NCBI GenBank assembly: GCA_016432645.1
Contig: CP066698.1
Location: forward strand, 517,062-581,061
DNA: 64,000 nucleotides
Direction: 5' to 3'
From: Candidatus Falkowbacteria bacterium
Lineage (GTDB): Bacteria; Patescibacteriota; Patescibacteriia; Patescibacteriales; UBA12465
Shown: in pieces, positions 1 through 8,873 of the stretch
Layout of the letters: the number at the start of each line of letters is the position of its first letter
How positions within the stretch are numbered: the stretch's first letter is position 1
The notes under the pieces: generated by a model
What the model was told of the DNA's origin: nothing
The model's database searches: none
What the model saw: only the letters and a program-made list of their open reading frames with translations
Position numbers and translations under genes: made by a program

Positions 1-2
1 TT

Positions 3-1121
3 GACGCTTTAAATAACGCCTCATTAAACCGAGCGAGTTTTACGGAAACGAGAAATCGCCCACCGTCTAATATAGAAATAATGTATCCGGAGGCCAGTTT
101 TTCCAAGCGCGGCACGACTCAAGAATTCGTCGGCTACTGCGAACCATATTATAGCGGCGGACTAGCCCCCGAAAATGCCGTTCCTAATACTTTGACAATC
201 CAAGCCGGCAGTTCTATGCCACCAGTAGCGCCGTCTTGCACCTGCACGCCAAACGATACGGATTTTACTTGGGGAACATTTTCTTGTTGGTATACGGCGA
301 GGTCATACGGCACGACGAACGTTTGTATAATCGACACGAAAGATTATAACAACATCGATTGTTTAGAAATGGACTTCACCGATTACAACGGAGCGACTTT
401 AGTTTTTTATCCTTATTTCCAATGGTCTTTCGATTCCGGAGCCGGAGCCAAGTTTGAACAATCATCAATGAATATATATGACACCCAAGGAATAAATCAA
501 AGCGCCGTGCCGCTTTATTTTACTTTCTCGCAAGACGTTTATAACGCTTCATCGACATATGTTTTTAAACTGGAAGATTACACCGTCAGCACGACATCGC
601 CGCAAGTCATTTCTTCTTCGACGGTTGCCGATCTGAATCTCAATCAGTTTCGGCAAATAGGTTTCGAGCGGGACTTGTCTATTTTAAACAAAAGGAATTT
701 ATACGCCTCAATCTCTAACGCCACCGGAACCTTAAAGATTTATCAAGGCGTTAATTTGTTCATGTATTATCACCCGATGTATTTTCCCACGCCGCCGATA
801 GATTTCGGGAGTATATTTCCGCGAATGAAAAGCACTCTTGAGGGAAAATTTATCTTTCATCAATTTTTCCAAGCTTACGATATTTTACTGGCCAATTTTA
901 CTCACGTCATCCCCGAGGTTGTTCCGCAATTTCCGATGAAATTTATGTCAGGCGACAATAAATTCGACATTGTCGTTCCGGCGCTCGACTTTGAAAGCGC
1001 CCCGGTAAAATATTTTGCTCAACATTTAAGACCAATGGGCGACGGTCTTCTGTGGCTTGGTTTTATTATTTACGTATTTTTTAGAATCTTAGGAGCTTTT
1101 AGCCCTAACGATAAAGATTAA
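3..1121 (+). CDS. Inovirus adsorption/minor coat protein (pIII-like), 5'-partial
   Basis: Frame is open from the window edge; Cys/Thr/Ser-rich ectodomain and one C-terminal TM helix (LLWLGFIIYVFFRILG); lies upstream of pVI-like and pI genes. Confidence 0.55.
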   Translation, partial: DALNNASLNRASFTETRNRPPSNIEIMYPEASFSKRGTTQEFVGYCEPYYSGGLAPENAVPNTLTIQAGSSMPPVAPSCTCTPNDTDFTWGTFSCWYTARSYGTTNVCIIDTKDYNNIDCLEMDFTDYNGATLVFYPYFQWSFDSGAGAKFEQSSMNIYDTQGINQSAVPLYFTFSQDVYNASSTYVFKLEDYTVSTTSPQVISSSTVADLNLNQFRQIGFERDLSILNKRNLYASISNATGTLKIYQGVNLFMYYHPMYFPTPPIDFGSIFPRMKSTLEGKFIFHQFFQAYDILLANFTHVIPEVVPQFPMKFMSGDNKFDIVVPALDFESAPVKYFAQHLRPMGDGLLWLGFIIYVFFRILGAFSPNDKD

Positions 1122-1125
1122 TTAT

Positions 1126-1437
1126 ATGACCGGATATCCATTCGACTGGGCGATTAACGCCTTCATAAAATTCTGCGGCGAATTCTTTGATTCAATGTTG
1201 GCCTTTATCTTTTCCTTTCTGCCTTCCAACGACACTTTCGCCGGCTGGATGAACATTGATGTCGATAAAATAGATTATGCCACAAAAAGAATCGCCGACA
1301 CGATCAGTTATTTTAATATCGTTTTTCCTTTCGACACTTTATTTCTTATTTTATCTTTCATGCTTGTCTTTGAAACAGTTCTCTTGTTTTTTCGAATAAC
1401 CCTTCTTATCATAGGCCTTTTGCGAGGCGGACACTAA
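1126..1437 (+). CDS. Small membrane protein, inovirus pVI-like
   Basis: 103 aa, hydrophobic C-terminus, directly upstream of the Zot-like ATPase. Confidence 0.6.
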   Translation: MTGYPFDWAINAFIKFCGEFFDSMLAFIFSFLPSNDTFAGWMNIDVDKIDYATKRIADTISYFNIVFPFDTLFLILSFMLVFETVLLFFRITLLIIGLLRGGH

Positions 1438-1441
1438 ACAT

Positions 1442-2107
1442 ATGATAAACGTCGTTGTCGGCAAACCCGGCTCTGGAAAAACTTATTACTTGGTCAAAAA
1501 AGCGCATAAATTCCTGCGACAAGGCCGGGATGTGTATTCTAATTTTTACATAGACTTTAAATCATATGACGAAGAAACAAGAAAGAAATTTTTTAATCGT
1601 TGGTTGGACAAGTTTTATAATCTTCCTTTTATTAGGAATGCTCTCCTTCGATTCTTTAATAAAAAAGATAGAAAGTTCGGGAAACTCTATTTCTGGAACG
1701 AGCTCGAGGACTTGCTCGAGATAAGAGGCGGCGAAATCTTAATTGACGAATGTCAAATATACTTTAATTCCCGTTCTTGGAAAAAACTTCCTTTCCGGCT
1801 TCAATACAAATTTCAACAGCACCGAAAACATATCAAGAAAAATAACGATGGTTCCTATATGGCCTTGAATATTTGGGGAGCCGTTCAAAACGTTAAGCGT
1901 ATTGATACCGTCGTGCGCGAATTGGTTAATAATATCTATGCGCTAAAAAAAGTCGGGCCATTGTTCAGAGCCTGTCTATACGACATTGAAGACATCGACA
2001 AGGAAAAACGCAAACCATATAAAGTAAGCTTGTATTTATTTAATAAACGCTTGGCCGGTTGTTATGATACTTTCCAGGAAATAATCGGATTTAAAGATAA
2101 AGGTTAA
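1442..2107 (+). CDS. Zot/pI-like morphogenesis ATPase
   Basis: Walker A GKPGSGKT at the N-terminus, Walker B ILIDECQIYF, QHRK and Q..KRID motifs, YDT near the C-terminus. Confidence 0.85.
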   Translation: MINVVVGKPGSGKTYYLVKKAHKFLRQGRDVYSNFYIDFKSYDEETRKKFFNRWLDKFYNLPFIRNALLRFFNKKDRKFGKLYFWNELEDLLEIRGGEILIDECQIYFNSRSWKKLPFRLQYKFQQHRKHIKKNNDGSYMALNIWGAVQNVKRIDTVVRELVNNIYALKKVGPLFRACLYDIEDIDKEKRKPYKVSLYLFNKRLAGCYDTFQEIIGFKDKG

Positions 2108-2141
2108 AAGTTCTTTCGGTTATTAAATTGCGACACAAAAA

Positions 2142-2172
2142 AAGGAGTCAATCTCGTTAGAGATCAACTCCT
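2142..2172. terminator. Hairpin between convergent prophage genes
   Basis: aggagt-caatctc...gagatca-actcct imperfect inverted repeat preceded by an A-tract. Confidence 0.5.
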
Positions 2173-2179
2173 AAATTTG

Positions 2180-2473
2180 TTAAGCCCGAGACTCGACTTG
2201 TTTCTCATAGAAAAGATAAATAGTTTTAAGTCTCTTTTCTATGACCGCTCCCGTCTTCTTGTCTTTCTTTTCAATGACAATGAAAGACCGAATGGCTTTT
2301 TCATCCTTGCGGACAACGCAGCCGTTTTTGAGCCATTGTTTGAAAGTTAAGCAATTCTCAAACGGGTTATAACGTTTGGCCTCGTCTTCACCCCAACGCT
2401 CGGCGATTTGTTTTCTGACGAGTTCAGAGGTGTTCTTTGACCCCGTCCAATTTGATTTGACCGATATAGTCAT
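2180..2473 (-). CDS. ArdC N-terminal-like ssDNA-binding protein
   Basis: TFKQWLKNGCVVRKDEKAI matches the ArdC-N T(F/Y)xQW..G..V.KGEK pattern. Confidence 0.6.
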   Translation of the reverse strand: MTISVKSNWTGSKNTSELVRKQIAERWGEDEAKRYNPFENCLTFKQWLKNGCVVRKDEKAIRSFIVIEKKDKKTGAVIEKRLKTIYLFYEKQVESRA

Positions 2474-2688
2474 AAAATTAAATTGGCGACTGATTTTAAA
2501 TACTGGAAGAAACGTCGCCTTAAATTGTCTTTCAGCGACGAATAAGACAGCGACTGATTGCTTGCGACGGTCAAAGTGGAGGCTAAAAGCACTACCTTGA
2601 TAGGCGATAAGCTGACGCTACAATGAGAAGCACAGACAGACAATTTTTCTTTCGGGATTGTTAGTATTTGTTCCAAAAAATAGTTTTG

Positions 2689-2765
2689 ACCGGCCGCATT
2701 ATTATTTTTTTATTTATCGGCGAGTTCTGCTAACGAGCCGATAAATAAAAATAGAAGCGGCCGGT
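2689..2765. repeat. Long inverted repeat, candidate replication origin or packaging hairpin
   Basis: accggccgc...tttttatttatcggc / gccgataaataaaaa...gcggccggt in the intergenic region upstream of Rep. Confidence 0.6.
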
Positions 2766-2859
2766 AAATGAGATTTTAGACAAGACGGCTCCTCCCTATA
2801 TTAATTAACTTGACCATACGCACACACCGGGCCGTCATCTCGAAAATTACATAAATAAT

Positions 2860-3225
2860 ATGATATACAAAGACATTAAAGAAAAATTTGATTACATCAT
2901 TTGGCTGAGAGAAAGAATAAACAAACTTAATTTCGGCATAAGTCAAAAAGTGAAAACTGATTCAACGAATGATTTCGCTTTGTTGACTCGTAAAGTTAAA
3001 TCCTATCAACAGGAATTTCAGCTCGTTTTGGACGAACTGTATTTCCTCCTGAAAGATGAAGACCTATTGGCAAAAATTAATTATCTCGGGCAAGAAAGCG
3101 GAGCTTTACGAATACGAAGCGCCTATTTACGTTGGCAAAAGGAAAAAGAAGAGAAAGCCCGGCAAAAAACGAACCAAGGAAGAGGTGGCGGCCGAAGTCA
3201 AAAACAGCGAAGAATGCGAATTTAG
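2860..3225 (+). CDS. Hypothetical phage protein overlapping Rep
   Basis: 121-aa ORF, ATG after AT-rich leader, overlaps the next ORF by 170 nt. Confidence 0.5.
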   Translation: MIYKDIKEKFDYIIWLRERINKLNFGISQKVKTDSTNDFALLTRKVKSYQQEFQLVLDELYFLLKDEDLLAKINYLGQESGALRIRSAYLRWQKEKEEKARQKTNQGRGGGRSQKQRRMRI

Positions 3226-3784
3226 AATGGAAGTAATGAGACACTTCTCTTTGCGGCGCACCCGGGCGAGAATAGTTCGCCTGGTCGATTCCAATCCAGA
3301 CCTAAAAGTATTTATTACCCTGACCTTTAAAGAAAACATCCGGGAGCTGGGCGAGGCCAACATAATATTTAAAAAATTTATCAAAAGATTAAAAAGAAAA
3401 AGAAAAGATTTGAAATATTTGGCCGTGCCGGAATTTCAAAGCCGCGGCGCCGTTCATTACCATTTACTGGTTAATTTCGAAATGGCCAATGACGAACTGG
3501 CGGCCATTTGGAATCAGGGCTTTGTAATGATAAACCGGGTAAAACATATCAATCATCTCGGCCTTTATATTTCCAAATATATCGGCAAAAATTTATTCGA
3601 TATTCGTTATTTCGGAATGCGCAAGATCATGGCTTCCAAAAATCTGGAGCAACCGATCATAATCACCGCCATAAAAGAAATAAAAGAATTTGTCGCCAAT
3701 GCTATCGGCAATATTCCGCCGCTGTTTGAAACATTCTACAATTCCGATTGGCTGGGAATAATCCGCTATCGGCTATACGGCTAA
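3056..3784 (+). CDS. Rolling-circle replication initiator (HUH endonuclease)
   Basis: Motif I FITLTF, motif II EFQSRGAVHYHLL, motif III YISKY. Confidence 0.85.
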   Translation: MKTYWQKLIISGKKAELYEYEAPIYVGKRKKKRKPGKKRTKEEVAAEVKNSEECEFRMEVMRHFSLRRTRARIVRLVDSNPDLKVFITLTFKENIRELGEANIIFKKFIKRLKRKRKDLKYLAVPEFQSRGAVHYHLLVNFEMANDELAAIWNQGFVMINRVKHINHLGLYISKYIGKNLFDIRYFGMRKIMASKNLEQPIIITAIKEIKEFVANAIGNIPPLFETFYNSDWLGIIRYRLYG

Positions 3785-3822
3785 AAATACCTTTGATTAA
3801 AACATAGTCGCAAGGACTGTGT

Positions 3823-4017
3823 ATGAACATAAAAAAAGAACACGTTGATAAATTTATCGGCGTCTACGAAAAAACGTTCCACGAAAAAGTCGCTTATAAA
3901 GAAGCGTTCGAGCAATGTCTGCAGTTAGTTCTTTTACTTAGCACTGTTTATCACTCAATGACCCCCGACGATTTTAAGCGCGTCCAAGAAAGACGCCGAA
4001 AAACCGGCGATCTGTAG
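3823..4017 (+). CDS. Hypothetical small phage protein
   Basis: 64-aa ORF with aagga upstream of the ATG. Confidence 0.5.
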   Translation: MNIKKEHVDKFIGVYEKTFHEKVAYKEAFEQCLQLVLLLSTVYHSMTPDDFKRVQERRRKTGDL

Positions 4018-4055
4018 GGTCTTGAAATAATAAACGGCTGTGATATTATATAGGT

Positions 4056-4160
4056 AGCACCCAACAGAATAATAACCGTCAAAGGATTTTTTATACTCAT
4101 CCCCAAAAAGGGGCGGTTCTGCCGACGAGTATTGCCTTTGGCGATATTCTGTTGGGTGCT
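4056..4160 (+). other. Long structured hairpin at the start of the predicted recombinase-operon transcript
   Basis: Perfect 16-bp IR agcacccaacagaata/tattctgttgggtgct with inner stems cgtcaaagg/cctttggcg and atactc/gagtat; ttgaaa-16-tattat promoter-like sequence just upstream. Confidence 0.6.
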
Positions 4161-4180
4161 CAGGGCCGTCCCTTTTTGTT

Positions 4181-4402
4181 ATGAAAAAACCAAAAATCAC
4201 AAAATCAAATTTGGAGGGCAACACCCTTCTGAATATGGCCGAAGCTTTAAACGAGATTCGGATTGATTTTGAATTACCCGACGAACATTTAGACCGCGAG
4301 GATAAAGCAAAAGTATTGAAAGATATCAGGGACGATTTGACCGATATTTTTTGGAATTACAAACTTGTTAAAAAGAATAAATATGCAACCGACGACAAGT
4401 AA
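4181..4402 (+). CDS. Hypothetical protein upstream of the recombinase
   Basis: 73-aa ORF overlapping the recombinase start. Confidence 0.5.
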   Translation: MKKPKITKSNLEGNTLLNMAEALNEIRIDFELPDEHLDREDKAKVLKDIRDDLTDIFWNYKLVKKNKYATDDK

Positions 4403-6065
4403 AATTAAATATTTGGCCTATGTTAGAAAATCAACCGAGGGCGACGAACGCCAGGCTTTATCGATAGACAGCCAAAAAGATAAAGTTCGAGAATTTTTTA
4501 GCGGCCTGGAAATCGTCGACGTGCTTGAAGAAAAACACACCGCCTTTAAGCCATACAGCCGCCCGATATTCGCCGAGATGATTAAGAGAATATCCAGGGG
4601 CGAGGCGCAAGGAATTATCGCCTGGCACCCGGACAGATTGAGCCGCAACGAAATAGACGCCTCGACTATCACTTATATGGTTCGCACCGGATTGATTAAA
4701 GACTTAAAATTCGGCTCCTATAATTTCGACAATTCCCCCGAGGGCATAATGATGTTGCAAATGGCGCTTAGCCAATCGCAATATTTTTCCTCTAAACTGG
4801 GCAAGGACGTAAAACGAGGATTGAAGAAGAAATTTGAAATGGGTTGGCAGCCCAATATCGCGCCGGAGGGCTATATAAACAAGCGCGACGATATTAAGGG
4901 GCTAAGCACGATAATCGTCGACAAGGACAAATTTCCGCTCTTAAGAAGGGCTTTTGACGCCATGCTGACCGGTGTTTATACCGCCCCGCAAGTGTTGGAT
5001 ATAATGAATAACGAATGGGGCTTTAAGACCCGGAGATTCAAGAGCCGAGGCGGCGGACCGATGTCCAGGAGTGCTTTATATCGTATTTTTACCAGCCCTT
5101 TTTATGCCGGTATTATCAACTACAACGGCAAGGAAAACAAAGGCAAACATAAGCCGATGATTAGCCTGGAAGAATACGACAAGATTCAAATTATTATGGG
5201 ACGAAACGGCAAACCGAGAAATCAAAAAAAAGACTTCGCTTATACCGGGCTGATACACTGCAAAGAATGCGGCTGTTTGATAACGGCCGATCTGAAACAC
5301 AAAGTTATCAAATATACCAAAGAGCTGAGAAGTTATACTTATTATTGTTGCACTCGCAAGCGCAAAGATTACGCCTGTCATCAAGCGGCTATAACCAGGG
5401 ACGACTTGGAGCTGCAAGTCGAGAAAGAGCTTGAGAAATACCAAATCAGACCGGAGTTTTTAGATCTCGGTTTAGAAATAATCGAGGAACTTAAAAACGA
5501 AGAACAAGAAAAAGACTCCGCCGTTAAAAATAACGCCGGCAAATCGGCCGACGCCCTAAAAGAAGAAATAAAAAATCTGACTAAAATGCGCTGCCGCAAT
5601 CTTCTTGGGGATGAAGAATATACGGAATCAAAAAATGAACTGATGAGAGAATTGTCTAAACTCGAAATCAATAATACCGATGATAATTTTGAAGAAGAAG
5701 TTATAAGAATAACTAAAGAAACTTTTGAGCTTGCCATTCACGGACGCAAACAATTAATGGACGGCGATAATGAAACTAAAAGAAAGGTGCTAACAACTTT
5801 AGGCTCGAACTGGACTTTGGAACATAAAAAACTTGAAATGTTAGCTTATAAATGGCTAATGCCGATACAAAAATCGCAAACACTCCTCAACGACAAAATA
5901 GCAAGGTTCGAACTGAGAAATACCCCTATAACAAAAGGACGAAATGAGCTTTTGAGCCTACTTCGTCCCACTCTGCGGAGAGGGTGGGATTCGAACCCAC
6001 GGTCAGCTTGCACCGACGACAGTTTTCAAGACTGTTCCATTCGACCACTCTGGCACCTCTCCTAA
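4383..6065 (+). CDS. Large serine recombinase (integrase)
   Basis: Catalytic YVRKST, DRLSRN, recombinase domain (GKHKPMIS), Zn ribbon CKECG...YYCC, coiled coil; last ~30 codons overlap tRNA-Ser antisense. Confidence 0.92.
   Translation: MQPTTSKIKYLAYVRKSTEGDERQALSIDSQKDKVREFFSGLEIVDVLEEKHTAFKPYSRPIFAEMIKRISRGEAQGIIAWHPDRLSRNEIDASTITYMVRTGLIKDLKFGSYNFDNSPEGIMMLQMALSQSQYFSSKLGKDVKRGLKKKFEMGWQPNIAPEGYINKRDDIKGLSTIIVDKDKFPLLRRAFDAMLTGVYTAPQVLDIMNNEWGFKTRRFKSRGGGPMSRSALYRIFTSPFYAGIINYNGKENKGKHKPMISLEEYDKIQIIMGRNGKPRNQKKDFAYTGLIHCKECGCLITADLKHKVIKYTKELRSYTYYCCTRKRKDYACHQAAITRDDLELQVEKELEKYQIRPEFLDLGLEIIEELKNEEQEKDSAVKNNAGKSADALKEEIKNLTKMRCRNLLGDEEYTESKNELMRELSKLEINNTDDNFEEEVIRITKETFELAIHGRKQLMDGDNETKRKVLTTLGSNWTLEHKKLEMLAYKWLMPIQKSQTLLNDKIARFELRNTPITKGRNELLSLLRPTLRRGWDSNPRSACTDDSFQDCSIRPLWHLS
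5976..6062 (-). tRNA. tRNA-Ser(TGA)
   Basis: GGAGAGG acceptor, anticodon arm acagt-CT-TGA-AA-actgt, long variable arm, GGTTCGAATCC T-arm, G discriminator; CCA not encoded. Confidence 0.95.
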
Positions 6066-6189
6066 TAATTTTAATAACGGCTACTGGTTTTATTTTACTG
6101 ATTTCTTTAAAAAATGCAAATATTACCACAACGCCCCTATTCAAAAACGGGGGGCAATCTTATTAGTGCCTTCATCTCTAATTAAATCT

Positions 6190-6891
6190 CTAATTTTTAA
6201 TTTGCGCGAAAAAAGGCGCATACATATCTTCCGCCAAATCAATATCCAATTCCTGGCGATTAATCCGCTCTTGAAATTTTATTGACGCTTCTTTGATAAG
6301 CGCTAGCGGCTGACACTCATTCCCTTCTCCCATCTCCAAAACCGCGGCGGCGGCCAAACTATCGACGACGCTCACGCGTGCAAATTCAAATTTACGGCCA
6401 AAAATATCCTTTTGACCGCGATACTGCTTAAGCCCTTGAAGCCCGGCATATCCCAAAGCCACTCCAGTCGTCCCGGCTCGCAGAGGAATAGTGCGGCTGT
6501 CCGTAATAATTACGCCCAGTTGTTTTAAGTTGAATTGTTTTTTTAGTTTAAGGCGTAAAGTGGCAGCCGAAGCAAAACTATCTTTGGGCAGCAAGATTAA
6601 TTTCCCATCGGCATTAGACTCGTCTATTCCCGCCGAAGCCATCACCATCTTATCTTTAACGGTTAACCAAACGGATTTTGTCGGGATAGCTAAATCACTC
6701 TCCACTTTAATGAGTTTTACTTTAGCCTCCTCTCCTTGATAATCAACTACCCGCCCTTCCGCTAAAGAAACTATTTTGGAAGTAACTATCAAAACTGAAT
6801 ATTCCGGAATTTTTTTAAGATGCTGGATAATAAAAGAAAATAAATCATCCCCCTCTTTAAATATTTTTGTTTTAATTGCTTTAATTATCAT
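6190..6891 (-). CDS. Coenzyme F420-0:gamma-glutamyl ligase (CofE) family protein
   Basis: TSKIVSLAEG, AGIDESN, GVIITDS, GEGNECQP motifs. Confidence 0.8.
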   Translation of the reverse strand: MIIKAIKTKIFKEGDDLFSFIIQHLKKIPEYSVLIVTSKIVSLAEGRVVDYQGEEAKVKLIKVESDLAIPTKSVWLTVKDKMVMASAGIDESNADGKLILLPKDSFASAATLRLKLKKQFNLKQLGVIITDSRTIPLRAGTTGVALGYAGLQGLKQYRGQKDIFGRKFEFARVSVVDSLAAAAVLEMGEGNECQPLALIKEASIKFQERINRQELDIDLAEDMYAPFFAQIKN

Positions 6892-6892
6892 A

Positions 6893-7537
6893 TTATTTTG
6901 CTTGTTTTCCTTTTAATAAATAAATACCAATATATGATAATGGCGTGTAAAGTGCGCCCATTAAAACCTTGAAGAGCCACCAAGAAATAATAATACTCAT
7001 CATTGTCTTAAACGAATAAATACCGACAAAAGCAATTACCATAAACACCGCCGAGTCAAAGAATTGCGACCATAAGTTAGAAAGCAAAGAGCGTAACCAA
7101 AAAACTTTTATCCCCATTTTTTCTTTAAAAAAGAAAAACGATAAAACATCCTGATACTCTGCGATTAAGAAAGCCGCTAAAGAAGCAATGGCTAGGCGAA
7201 TAGAGGTTCCGAAAACCTGGCCATAACCAGCTTTCAACCAAGCTCCATCCGGCGACCACGGCAAGGCGAGTGATAGAAAGGAATAAGCAATAAACAGGGC
7301 TGTACTGATAAAACCGGCGAGCACAAATAATTTAGCAATTTTCCGGCCATAAACTTCCCCGATAACATCCGTCATTAGAAATACTACCGGAAAAGAAAAA
7401 ACCGCTACCGATAAATGGGAATTAAAAAAGAATGGCATCATTTTCAAGCCTAAAGTATTGGCCGCCAATAGCGAAGTTAAATATAAGGCCAGAGCGATTA
7501 ATATTTTTTTAAATGAACGCTCAGAAATATTTTCCAT
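6893..7537 (-). CDS. Queuosine precursor transporter (YhhQ/VUT family)
   Basis: FPVVFLMTDVIGEVYG, ASLAAFLIAE, WLRSLLSNLWSQFFDS; multi-TM. Confidence 0.85.
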   Translation of the reverse strand: MENISERSFKKILIALALYLTSLLAANTLGLKMMPFFFNSHLSVAVFSFPVVFLMTDVIGEVYGRKIAKLFVLAGFISTALFIAYSFLSLALPWSPDGAWLKAGYGQVFGTSIRLAIASLAAFLIAEYQDVLSFFFFKEKMGIKVFWLRSLLSNLWSQFFDSAVFMVIAFVGIYSFKTMMSIIISWWLFKVLMGALYTPLSYIGIYLLKGKQAK

Positions 7538-7574
7538 AATTTTAATTTTTTACAAATAAATAAATTTGGGCAAT

Positions 7575-7680
7575 AAAAAACCCGCTGCTAAGGCGGGAAT
7601 GCAAATAAAAAACAGTCCGCGCCTTATCGATCAAAAAAAACTATCCGCAATAAACCCGGACCAAGTTGTCAGGCGATGAT
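7575..7680 (-). promoter_or_regulatory. Candidate riboswitch / transcription attenuator upstream of the YhhQ-family gene
   Basis: Terminator cccgc-cttagca-gcggg-U6; antiterminator taaggcg can pair with cgcctta in the terminator or with upstream cgcct; pseudoknot gtccg/cggac. Confidence 0.55.
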
Positions 7681-7700
7681 TATTTAGCATATTTTCATAA

Positions 7701-8219
7701 CTATTTTAATAATTTACGGCCCTGTAAAACAGTATAAGCTAAAACTCCGCCGATTAAAGCGGTTAAAAGTTGCGGCCAACTAAGCATTGCAGCGGCAGCA
7801 AGAACAATTTTCCCGGAAAACAGTAATTTAATCACCGCTAAAGATACCACAGATAAAAAGATGAATTTAAAACTGGCAGCCGCTACTATTTTCAGCCAAT
7901 AATTAGCTTTCTTTAAAGAAATAAAAGTAATAACCAAAACGGCATTACTTAAAATAATAAAAGGAATAAGCGGTGCCAGTGGTAGCGGTAGAGTTCCCGC
8001 TAACAGGGCGAAAAAACTCGGTAAAATGCCAATCATAATTGCCCCCTCTAAACCTAAAGTTGCGGCAGCGATAAACAGGGTAGCATTAACAATTGAACCA
8101 GTAATTATTTGACTGTGAGCCAAGGGAGCAAAAATAGCCGCGGATAATAAAACTAAAAATTGCGCCAACATGGCAATATTGGCTCGACTGATAGTTATAG
8201 CTTTAGCTTGGATAAGCAT
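7701..8219 (-). CDS. ECF transporter S-component-like membrane protein
   Basis: 172 aa, about 6 TM segments, QIITGSIVNA and WPQLLTALIGG motifs. Confidence 0.6.
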   Translation of the reverse strand: MLIQAKAITISRANIAMLAQFLVLLSAAIFAPLAHSQIITGSIVNATLFIAAATLGLEGAIMIGILPSFFALLAGTLPLPLAPLIPFIILSNAVLVITFISLKKANYWLKIVAAASFKFIFLSVVSLAVIKLLFSGKIVLAAAAMLSWPQLLTALIGGVLAYTVLQGRKLLK

Positions 8220-8265
8220 ATTTTAATTATTTAATGGTATGTCTATTATAACACACCTCCATATT

Positions 8266-8865
8266 TTAGAGTATTTTAATCACTATAAAATCCCCTTCTT
8301 CCAAAGCATGAACTGGTAAAGATTTATCACCATATTCAACCAATTCTTGATGAGCCTGTTCCCAATTTATTGGACCACGAGGATCATTACTGCCAAATTC
8401 TGACTTATAATGAGGAATAAATTTAATCGGTAAAATGCCGAGCCCATCTAAACATTTACGCCAATCACAAGTCCAAAAATGCTTAACTAGAGCGTCCGAG
8501 CCGGCCGAACTGCCGGCAACAACTTTATCTTGCCAAATAGCCGGCAAATCATATTGTTTTAGATAATGAAGCAATAAATTATCGTCTCCGCCGTGTATTA
8601 AAACCGCATCGCTCTGCTTTAATTGGTCAGTAAATTTTTCCGGAATCGCTAATTCAATCTTCGGAGCAACGCCATCAGCCATGGACTCTAAAAAACGACT
8701 GGTATAATCAGCAAATTTCTCCTCCCAACGCTCGCGCGGCGTAGCAAAAAAACAAAACAAAATACGAGGGGCATTTCCCAAACATTTAACCACCTCTAAA
8801 TTAAACTCCCTAGCTTTTTCCGGATGATTTCTTAGCCCGCCGGAATTAAGAATATATTTTGTCAT
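8266..8865 (-). CDS. Peptidase S51 / class I glutamine amidotransferase-like protein
   Basis: IHGGD, GSSAGS nucleophile elbow, FIPHY. Confidence 0.75.
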   Translation of the reverse strand: MTKYILNSGGLRNHPEKAREFNLEVVKCLGNAPRILFCFFATPRERWEEKFADYTSRFLESMADGVAPKIELAIPEKFTDQLKQSDAVLIHGGDDNLLLHYLKQYDLPAIWQDKVVAGSSAGSDALVKHFWTCDWRKCLDGLGILPIKFIPHYKSEFGSNDPRGPINWEQAHQELVEYGDKSLPVHALEEGDFIVIKIL

Positions 8866-8873
8866 ATAACAAA

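Larger units (their letters stand above)
1..6065. mobile_element. Inovirus-like (filamentous ssDNA phage) prophage, right part, integrated at tRNA-Ser(TGA); left end outside window
   Basis: Gene order pIII-like, pVI-like, Zot/pI ATPase, HUH Rep, large serine recombinase ending at a tRNA 3' end. Confidence 0.8.

Noticed and set aside
5926..6166. ORFs 5926-6144 (-) and 5984-6166 (+)
   Set aside because: Incidental translations of the tRNA-Ser gene
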